Positions 36,653 to 44,285 of a stretch of DNA of 64,000 nucleotides are shown here, piece by piece. Below the pieces are notes generated by a model that did not search any database, had not been told where the DNA came from, and saw nothing but the letters and a program-made list of their open reading frames with translations. Both the position numbers and the translations under genes were made by a program. How positions within the stretch are numbered: the stretch's first letter is position 1; each line of letters begins with the position of its first letter. The stretch is from Desulfobacteraceae bacterium. GTDB taxonomy: Bacteria > Desulfobacterota > Desulfobacteria > Desulfobacterales > JAABRJ01. Location: positions 11,632 through 75,631 of the forward strand of contig JAJDNY010000162.1 of the NCBI GenBank assembly GCA_022340425.1. Reading direction: 5' to 3'.

Positions 36653-38938
36653 CTAAATCACCTTTTGAGCCGTCCATCCGAACGGATGGTTGGACCACCA
36701 GGTGATCCCCGAGATGCGCGACAGTGTCCAGGTATGCACATAGCCCACGAATCTCTGATTATTGGAGGCGGAGAAAGCAATTCTTATCTCGACCTTGTAA
36801 TCGGTGCGCTTGGATCCGGCTCCCAACTGGTTGGGATCGAAACCACCCAACGTCCCCGAAAAGGGGTAGCTCTTGTTATCACTGCCGACGTAAGTCCCCG
36901 AAATGCTCCAAAGCGGCGCTGCATAGGGCGCGTTTGTCACCACGCGATAGTTCCAGATCCGGGTGACTTTCAGGGTTCCCCGCCAGCCGTCGTGGTCCAT
37001 GGACCAGTCCCCTCTCAGCCACTCGGCATTGCTCGCGACATCAGCGGTCGGATCCCCGAACAGGTTGTACATCACGGTGTTGTCCAAGTGGGCGCTGGAG
37101 GTCCCGTGGTTGAGCACCATCTTGGTCTTGGCATAGCGGATAATGGCGGCCGGTGTCTGACATTTGCCGGTCATCACGGCATCGAACATGTACTTGGCGA
37201 AATCGTTGTTGGGGTACGTCCAGGAGTTGCGCGATGAAGCGAAAACCGAAACCGCCTTGCGATTGCGGATGAATGATTCCGTGATCGTCTCCAGGCTGTT
37301 GTCATCCACCCAGCCGTTTTGGCAGCAGACACTCAAGACAAACGGAGGGTGCGCGCCATTGGTGAGGGCGGCAACATCGGTGCCGTTGAGACCGTTGCTG
37401 GAAGACCACGCGGTCTTCGATCCGTGACCACGGTAGAGGGCGATCACAACGCCGCTGTTCATGGTCGCCACGACATCGCTCTTGGAGGTGTTCTTGGCGT
37501 AACGTTTGATGGCGGCGTAACGTTTGTTAATGTTGTTGTAAATTTGGTCACAGGTGTTTTCGTATGTGGCGGATTGGTATGCGCAGAGCATGACCCTGTT
37601 TTGCCAGTCGCCCCAGTCGCCCTTTCTATATCCCCCGTAGCGGACGAGGTGCTCGCAGACGCTTTTCAGTTGGGCGGCGTTGGATGTCGGAATGCGGGAA
37701 ACCGTCAGTTCAGGGGCCAGATCTCCGGAGAGGTCGGCGTAAAAATGATCCGAGGCGTAGGTATTCCCGCCCCGGTTGTAGATGTGGATGGGGATGACGT
37801 CGGTGTCCCCCGCCAACACCACAAAACGCGGGGGCACCCGCCAGTTGGCCGTTGCCCAGGCAATGAACGCCTTGATGGACCCCTTCAAACTGGTGCTCGG
37901 AAACTCCCGCTGAATGTCATCGGTCAGCGCCACCTTGGCGTAGTATGGCCACCCCGTCTTTGCCGTCAGCAGCGGTTCGACCGCGGTTTCGAGTGCCCGG
38001 GTCGTTACGATCACGTACTCTGCTATGAGGCCGGCCACCTTCAGCTTGGGAAGCGGAAGTATCGGCACGCCCACAGGCAGCGCGACTGTGGCGAGTGGCG
38101 CGGCAGCTATGGCCGTTAGGGTTCCGGTCGGGTCGGAAACCTCGTCTTCGGTCTCCTCGAGAAGAGAGATCCCCCGGCGTCTGGCGGATGCGGGATCCGC
38201 TTCAGCCTCCAGCTCTTCGATGAACTCCCGGTCCAGCCCCTGGAAATCCTCCACCCGCGAAGAATAGTCCGTCTGTTCGTCCAGCAGGTCCAACCCCAGG
38301 ATCAGGTCCGCTTCCGGCATTTCACGGGGCTTTCGCCCCGGCTCCCGGTCGGCCCCGGGCGGGGTTTGATACGTTACTTCAAGAACCAGCGACTGGACAA
38401 TCTCCATTTTCCGTGACACCGGCCGGTACTGGCCCAAATAGATCAGGATGTGGGCTACTTTCACCCCCGCTATGGTCTTGAGGCCCAGAAAGTCGAAGTC
38501 GCGACCCGGATAAGGGTCGTCCGACTCGTAGATCGCCGGGTCGGGTTCATAGACCTCGCGAAACTCCTCCTCCGTGAATTGCTTGGGTGCCGGTGCTACC
38601 CGCAATTCATGGTCGATGGTGATGGATGATTTCTCGGCCACACGCACCGCGACATCCTCCACGTCCATGGGGACCGCCACGAAGATACCGGCCTTGGGTA
38701 CGGCGGGCGCACCCTCGGTTTCGACCTGGGTAGTATCGGGGATTTCAATTTGCTGAAATTCCGCCACAGCCCCTTCCCAGGCGCCTGATACGGAATATCG
38801 AACGGTTACGGTTGTTTTCTCGCCCGCATCGCGCATGTCCCGGGTGACCATCTGTTTGGCGGACTTGCTGACCTCAACTTTGGGGGGCGCATCGCTTTCG
38901 GCTGCGTCCTGAAAGCCGATCCATTTCTTTTCGCTCAT
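36653..38938 (-). CDS. Peptidase C25 (gingipain-like) family cysteine protease, apparently cytoplasmic
   Basis: ATG follows AGGAGG. VLAGDTDVIPIH...YASDHFYADL, YRGHGS with His505 (37424..37426) and LSVCCQNGW with Cys539 (37322..37324). The layout is an N-terminal propeptide-like region, an acidic linker and an unassigned ~120-aa C-terminal beta-rich domain. The N-terminus is hydrophilic. Confidence 0.75.
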   Translation of the reverse strand: MSEKKWIGFQDAAESDAPPKVEVSKSAKQMVTRDMRDAGEKTTVTVRYSVSGAWEGAVAEFQQIEIPDTTQVETEGAPAVPKAGIFVAVPMDVEDVAVRVAEKSSITIDHELRVAPAPKQFTEEEFREVYEPDPAIYESDDPYPGRDFDFLGLKTIAGVKVAHILIYLGQYRPVSRKMEIVQSLVLEVTYQTPPGADREPGRKPREMPEADLILGLDLLDEQTDYSSRVEDFQGLDREFIEELEAEADPASARRRGISLLEETEDEVSDPTGTLTAIAAAPLATVALPVGVPILPLPKLKVAGLIAEYVIVTTRALETAVEPLLTAKTGWPYYAKVALTDDIQREFPSTSLKGSIKAFIAWATANWRVPPRFVVLAGDTDVIPIHIYNRGGNTYASDHFYADLSGDLAPELTVSRIPTSNAAQLKSVCEHLVRYGGYRKGDWGDWQNRVMLCAYQSATYENTCDQIYNNINKRYAAIKRYAKNTSKSDVVATMNSGVVIALYRGHGSKTAWSSSNGLNGTDVAALTNGAHPPFVLSVCCQNGWVDDNSLETITESFIRNRKAVSVFASSRNSWTYPNNDFAKYMFDAVMTGKCQTPAAIIRYAKTKMVLNHGTSSAHLDNTVMYNLFGDPTADVASNAEWLRGDWSMDHDGWRGTLKVTRIWNYRVVTNAPYAAPLWSISGTYVGSDNKSYPFSGTLGGFDPNQLGAGSKRTDYKVEIRIAFSASNNQRFVGYVHTWTLSRISGITWWSNHPFGWTAQKVI

Positions 38939-39206
38939 GGTGTTACCCTCCTTTCCAATTGGACTTTTGGGGAACCGTCAAACGCGACTTGCTTGGATAT
39001 GGGCCACCACCTCCTTTCTCTCGTTTGGCCCACCCGCCTGACGTCATCGCTTGGAATTGCGAGCAGATAACGTGCGGGGGCCGCTTGCGCTGTTAAGCAC
39101 AAGTATTCAGAGCAGAGTTTTTTTGTTTGAGCCGAATTGAAAGGCTGACGCTGTCGGAATTCTATTTATACGGCCGGTTTTTGTCCGGCCCGATTTTCGG
39201 ATAGAT

Positions 39207-39578
39207 TCACACCCATCGCCGTTGGCGACGGATCAGCGATAGGTCCTTGAAAATGATCGTTCGAAACGACCGGGAAAGGTCGTGGTCGGAAGGGAAAATA
39301 CCGGGAGACTGGGAAAATAGAAACCGATTGAAAAGTTTAAAAAATTCGGTGGTGGCCGCCTGCCCCGACGGGCGGCCGCTCAAAGAGAAGAAGTAGGTGC
39401 GCTTGGGCGATAGCATGGGAAATTCGGCTGCCTTTCCGGTGATCGTGGCCAAAGGGTATGCACCGATTGGGTTCAGATGGTAGAAAGCGCTGTTACCGAA
39501 CTTCAGAAAAATCCCGGCGATGGCGAGATTCAGCCGATGGGAAAATCGACGATTGAAAGTGAATAAAAATTGAAACAT
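39207..39578 (-). CDS. Doubtful 123-aa ORF in an AT-rich spacer
   Basis: ATG without a convincing RBS. Codon usage is atypical (AT-rich, F/L/S/R-rich) and I find no motif. It may be non-coding. Confidence 0.2.
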   Translation of the reverse strand: MFQFLFTFNRRFSHRLNLAIAGIFLKFGNSAFYHLNPIGAYPLATITGKAAEFPMLSPKRTYFFSLSGRPSGQAATTEFFKLFNRFLFSQSPGIFPSDHDLSRSFRTIIFKDLSLIRRQRRWV

Positions 39579-39696
39579 TTTTCCGAATTTTGCAAGCCTT
39601 TTTTGGGAGAGGCACCTTCAAACGGGCCGGTTGGCCGGCTCCCGCCCCAAAAAATCCGGACATGACGGATATCCGCTCAACCCCCTTTCGCCCACT

Positions 39697-41502
39697 TCAG
39701 ACGTCTTTGAAGTCGGCCCCCTTTATGATGACGCCGATTTGCTCGGCCTTCTGGCTGAAGTCCTCCAGCAGCCGGTTCAATGGGATCTGCTGGTCTTCGC
39801 GGTACATCAGAACCAGGGTCGACAGCTTGCATTTCTGGAGTTCGGCGTGCTCCAGGCGCAAGCCCATCTGGCGCGCGAGGGGCGCGATCTCCTCCAGCGC
39901 CTGCCCGACGCTGGGGTATCTGTTCCCGGGGTCGCGGGCACAGGCCCTCATGATGAAGTTTCGCAAAGGGGCCGGCAGGTCCGGCACGAAGTCGGCCGGG
40001 TCGGGGATGTCGCGCTCGACGATGTGGTCCATGACCGCCAGCGGGTCCTCGTCGTCGAAGGGCCGGCGGCCGCTCACCATTTCGAAGGCGGTCAGGCCCA
40101 GGGAGAAGATGTCGCTGCGCTGGTCCACCGGCAGGCACTCCACCTGCTCGGGGGACATGTAGAAGGGGGTGCCGGTGAGCGGGTTTTCGGACCCGCACGA
40201 ACAGGCCAGGCCGAAATCGAGAATCTTGACCTGGCCGTCCGGGAGGATGAAGATGTTGCCCGGCTTGATGTCCTGGTGGACGATGGCCTTTTCGTGGGCG
40301 AAACCGATTCCGCGGCAGATCTGGACCAGGACTTCCAGCGCGTCGCGCACGGGCAGCCGGCCGACCGCATCCAGCAGCTCCCGCAGGGTCCTTCCCTCCA
40401 GGTGCTCCATGATGATGAAGACGGTGCGAAAGCGCTCCTCGATGTCGAAGACCTTGACGATGTTCTCATGGTTGAGGTTGGCGATGGTCTGGGCTTCCCG
40501 GCGAAAGTTGGTCAGAAACTCCGGGTTAAGGGCCAGGTCGTGACGCAGCATCTTGATGGCCACCGGGCGGTTGAGGTCCCCGTGATAGCCGGTGTAGACC
40601 ACCGCGAAGGCGCCCCGGCCCAGGATGGCGGTGATGAGGTATTTACCGATCCGCCGGTCGGCGGTCAGCTTGCGGGAGGCGAAGCGCTCGGCAACGATCT
40701 CGGTCAGAAAGGTGGCCACCTCCGGGTCGGCCTGGAGCATCTCTTCGAAAACATCCCTGGGAACTCGCCACAGCTCAAGATCGGTCACCGCCTCCACGTG
40801 CGCGCTGCGGGGCTCGCCGGTCAGAAGGGCCATCTCGCCGACAAACTCCCGCTCCTTGACCAGGCCCACGACGTGGCGCTCACCCTGCTTTTCCAGAACC
40901 ACCCGGCAGGTCCCGGTGTGAACGAAGAAACACGCATCGCCCTCCTCCCCCTGGGTGATGAAGGTCTCCTCGGCCTTTACCGGTTGGTGGCGGATAATGT
41001 TCAGCAGCGGGCAGACCGCGTCGCGATGAATGGCCCTTAAAAAAGGCACCGTCCGGAAGAACTCGTAGTCCGAGGGGAAAGGGCCGGGTTTGGGGGCGTC
41101 GGCGGGGGCTGCGGGCAGTTTGAAATCGGCTGCGGCGGCCGTGCAGCCCACCAGGTGGTAGGCCGCCTTTTTCGGGTCCGGCCTGACCCAGCGCACCTGG
41201 CAATCGAAGCACCCCCAGCGCTTGCCGGGGAAGCCGAAGACGAAGAGGTGAAAGTGCTGCCCCGGCGGGATTTCCCGATTGGTCCAGAGGAGAAGGCCGT
41301 CCGGGCTGCCGTCATGGACATCGACATAGAAAGGCCGCTCCCCGCGGCGCCACGGCGGCGGAGAAGCACCCGTCCCGTCCACAGGCCTGAACAGGGCGAC
41401 GCGCGGCGGGTTCAACGCCTGGCGCGGCGAGTTTCGCCGATTGGGGGCAGCCGGCGGCGCGGGTTTTCCGTCGGCGCCGGTTTTCGCATGGGGCTGATGC
41501 AT
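39697..41502 (-). CDS. Ser/Thr protein kinase with cyclic-nucleotide-binding domain and N-terminal PilZ-like region
   Basis: The cNMP-binding core is FVGEMALLTGEPRSAHVEAV. The kinase motifs are GRGAFAVVY, HQDIKPGNIF, DFGLA and SPE. The N-terminal RRNSPR...DGSPDG resembles PilZ RxxxR/DxSxxG, but the spacing is atypical. Confidence 0.8.
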   Translation of the reverse strand: MHQPHAKTGADGKPAPPAAPNRRNSPRQALNPPRVALFRPVDGTGASPPPWRRGERPFYVDVHDGSPDGLLLWTNREIPPGQHFHLFVFGFPGKRWGCFDCQVRWVRPDPKKAAYHLVGCTAAAADFKLPAAPADAPKPGPFPSDYEFFRTVPFLRAIHRDAVCPLLNIIRHQPVKAEETFITQGEEGDACFFVHTGTCRVVLEKQGERHVVGLVKEREFVGEMALLTGEPRSAHVEAVTDLELWRVPRDVFEEMLQADPEVATFLTEIVAERFASRKLTADRRIGKYLITAILGRGAFAVVYTGYHGDLNRPVAIKMLRHDLALNPEFLTNFRREAQTIANLNHENIVKVFDIEERFRTVFIIMEHLEGRTLRELLDAVGRLPVRDALEVLVQICRGIGFAHEKAIVHQDIKPGNIFILPDGQVKILDFGLACSCGSENPLTGTPFYMSPEQVECLPVDQRSDIFSLGLTAFEMVSGRRPFDDEDPLAVMDHIVERDIPDPADFVPDLPAPLRNFIMRACARDPGNRYPSVGQALEEIAPLARQMGLRLEHAELQKCKLSTLVLMYREDQQIPLNRLLEDFSQKAEQIGVIIKGADFKDV

Positions 41503-41662
41503 GGGCTGGAAGGCATGGGAGGTGAATGATATTCATTCTTTACAGGGCACCCCATTATATGTCAAGGGGCTTTGGGGCTGACCTCCTGCGGGGTCGTGGC
41601 TTGCCGGGGTATTGAACGGCTATCCGGCAGCGGCGCCGGAGGGGTGTTGGTTGCCGCCGAGT

Positions 41663-43423
41663 TTACGGGGTGAAGACGTCGTCGAAGACCACCACCGCGG
41701 GCTGCGGCGGGACCGCCAGGTTGTGGGCCATGGCGTCTTTGAGGACCGCCACCGCGTCCGGGTCCAGCCACCAGTACCAGTAGGCGCCCTCTTCGCCGCC
41801 GAACTTGGAGAGCACCGTGGCCGGCATGCCGAACTTGTTCCAGTAGAGCAGGCGGGTGTAATTGATGTTCCAGAGCAGCACGAAGGGGTAGTCGTTGAAA
41901 ACGATCTGGTCGATCTTGCGGATGATCTCGTTGCGTTTTTGGACGTCGAAGATCTCCTTCTGCAGGGCGATCAGGTCGTCCACCGCCGGGTTGCGAAAGC
42001 CCGTGATGTTGCTGCCGCCCAAGCGATCGGCCTCCCTTGAGGACCACATCCCCTCGGGGTCCTTGAAGATCCCCGCCCCCCAGGCCGCCCAGGTCATGTC
42101 GAAGTTGAAGCCGTCCATGTCCTTCATCCAGGCCGCCCAGTCCTTCTGGTCGATGATCAGCTCGATGCCCGCGTCCTTGAGGTCCTCGGCGTAGACCGCC
42201 AGGAACTTGTCGGTGCCCGCGCTGCGGGTGAGAAACTTGAAGACGAAGCGCCGGCCGTCCTTAACACGCCAGCCGGTGGCGGGGTCCACCGTCCAGCCCG
42301 CCTGATCGAGCAGCTCGCGGGCCTTTTGCTTGTCGAAGGGGGTCAGCGGGTTGGGACAGGGGGCTTTCAGCGAGTAGAGGTCCTCGTAGTAGGAGCGGTG
42401 CAGAAAGTACTGGCTGTACATCATCGTCTGGTTGAGCTTTTCGCGGTCCAGCAAAAGCGACATGGCCCGGCGCACCCGTAAATCGTCGAAGGGTGGCCGG
42501 CGCATGTTCATGGCAAAGCCCTGGAAGCCCACCGGCTTGTGGTTGAAGACCTGCTGCCGCACGATCCAGTTGTTGAAGAAGCGCGGTCCGCTGGTCTCGT
42601 TGACCCACTGGCGGGCGGTATAAACCGGGTAGAGGTCGATCAGGCCCTTTTTGAAGGCCTCGAAGGCGTTTTCGTTCTCGGCATAGAAGCGGAAGCGGAT
42701 GGTCTGAAAGTTGCCGACCCCCCGGGTGCGCTGGGCCCCCCGCAGCCACCAGTCCGGGCGGCGCTCCAGCGTGAGGGCGATCCCCTCGGTGAGCGTGCCC
42801 AGGCGGTAGGGGCCCGAGACCACCGGAAACTCGAAGTTGACCTTGTTGAAGTCGCGCCCCTGGAGGGCGTGGCGCGGCAGGATCGACAGGCCGCCGGCCG
42901 CACCGAGGTTCTGCCAGTGGACGCTGCGGGCCCGGAAGCGGATGGTGCGCGCGTCCACCACCACCGGCTGCTCGAAGCGCTCCATGGCCACCTTCTGGGC
43001 GCCGGTGAGGTGCTTGGGGTCCATGATCGTGTCGAAGGTGAAGCGCACGTCCTGGGCCGTCACCGGCTGGCCGTCGCTCCAGCGGGCGGCCGGGTCGATC
43101 CGGAAGGTGAAGGTCCGCTTGTCCGCGGAGATCGTCCAACCCTCGGCCAGCCCCGGCCGGTACTCGGCGCTGACCGGGTCCATGTCCAGGAGCGACTCGT
43201 AGAGGGCGCCGAAAACCTGGGCCGACTGGGTGCTGCCGTCCAGGTAGTAGTTCAGACTACTGGGGTACTGGCCCAGGTAGACCGAGATCTCACCGCCGAC
43301 CCGGGCGTCGGGGTCGGCCAGGGGGTTGGGGCGGTCCTGCCAGCCCTGATCGGGGAAGCGCTCCTCGGCGGCGGCCCCCGCTACGGCCAGCAGCAGGGCA
43401 AAAATCCAAAGCCAGGCTTTCAT
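41663..43423 (-). CDS. ABC transporter substrate-binding protein, family 5 (peptide/nickel, YejA-like)
   Basis: The start is the internal ATG with a signal peptide (MKAWLWIFALLLAVAGAAA). The length and conserved blocks fit SBP_bac_5. Confidence 0.8.
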   Translation of the reverse strand: MKAWLWIFALLLAVAGAAAEERFPDQGWQDRPNPLADPDARVGGEISVYLGQYPSSLNYYLDGSTQSAQVFGALYESLLDMDPVSAEYRPGLAEGWTISADKRTFTFRIDPAARWSDGQPVTAQDVRFTFDTIMDPKHLTGAQKVAMERFEQPVVVDARTIRFRARSVHWQNLGAAGGLSILPRHALQGRDFNKVNFEFPVVSGPYRLGTLTEGIALTLERRPDWWLRGAQRTRGVGNFQTIRFRFYAENENAFEAFKKGLIDLYPVYTARQWVNETSGPRFFNNWIVRQQVFNHKPVGFQGFAMNMRRPPFDDLRVRRAMSLLLDREKLNQTMMYSQYFLHRSYYEDLYSLKAPCPNPLTPFDKQKARELLDQAGWTVDPATGWRVKDGRRFVFKFLTRSAGTDKFLAVYAEDLKDAGIELIIDQKDWAAWMKDMDGFNFDMTWAAWGAGIFKDPEGMWSSREADRLGGSNITGFRNPAVDDLIALQKEIFDVQKRNEIIRKIDQIVFNDYPFVLLWNINYTRLLYWNKFGMPATVLSKFGGEEGAYWYWWLDPDAVAVLKDAMAHNLAVPPQPAVVVFDDVFTP

Positions 43424-43451
43424 CGCAAGTCTCCACTGGGGCGACCGGGGG

Positions 43452-44282
43452 TCAGCTTCCCTTGAGCACATCGATCATGGAGTAGACCCGCGCCGGCCGC
43501 CCCTGCCGGATTTTCGCCGCCAGGTAGGCGACGGCATCCAGGGTGCCCAGGGCGTAGATGTCGCGGCCGTTGACGTTGTGGGTGAACTCGAAGCGCACGC
43601 TGCCGTCGGCGGAATCCAGAGTGTAGGTGTGCCAGCCGTGGCCTCGCAGGTGGGCCTCGGGAACGCCCCACTGCTCCCGCTGAACCACCGGGTCGCGCTC
43701 CATCTGGATCTCTTCGTCGGCAAGCGGCGCCCCCAGCTCCCGGAAGTAGCCCAGCATCGCGCGGGCCGTACCGCTGGTATCGGCCTTGCCCTGCTGGTGG
43801 CTTTCGCGCACGCTGAGGCGGTAGCCGCTGAAGAGTCCCGGAAAGGTCTCGGCGGCCCAGGCCATCATGGCCTGAAAGCCCACAATCTGCTTGCCCATGT
43901 TGGGGGCGATGACCGCCGCCGGGCCGGCCGCGGAGACGGTGGCCTGCAGACGTTCGCGGTCGCCGCCGGTGGTCCCCATGACGAAGGGCAGCCGGAAGCG
44001 GCAGTAGAATTCGGCGTTGGCGGTGATGGCCGAGGGGTGGGTGAAATCCACGCTGATAAAGGGACCGAAGGCCTCGATAACCGGTTGGATCTCGATCTCG
44101 CGGCGATCCGGGTGAATCAGGGCGACCTTGAATTCATCGGCGATGGTTTCGGTGGCGCTGATTTCGGGGCCGGTCAGGGAAAAGGGGACCACGCTGAAGC
44201 GTGCATCGGCCAGGGCGTGGCGAACGACGCAGGCCGCCATGTTGCCCGGCAGGCCGTTGATCATCACCGCTGTGGGTGCCAT
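43452..44282 (-). CDS. dapB: 4-hydroxy-tetrahydrodipicolinate reductase (plant/cyanobacterial-type DapB)
   Basis: VMINGLPGNMA, PFVMGTTGGDR, APNMGKQIV, ESHQxxKxDxSGTA and YSMIDVL align closely with DapB of the plant-like subfamily. Confidence 0.8.
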   Translation of the reverse strand: MAPTAVMINGLPGNMAACVVRHALADARFSVVPFSLTGPEISATETIADEFKVALIHPDRREIEIQPVIEAFGPFISVDFTHPSAITANAEFYCRFRLPFVMGTTGGDRERLQATVSAAGPAAVIAPNMGKQIVGFQAMMAWAAETFPGLFSGYRLSVRESHQQGKADTSGTARAMLGYFRELGAPLADEEIQMERDPVVQREQWGVPEAHLRGHGWHTYTLDSADGSVRFEFTHNVNGRDIYALGTLDAVAYLAAKIRQGRPARVYSMIDVLKGS

Positions 44283-44285
44283 CGT

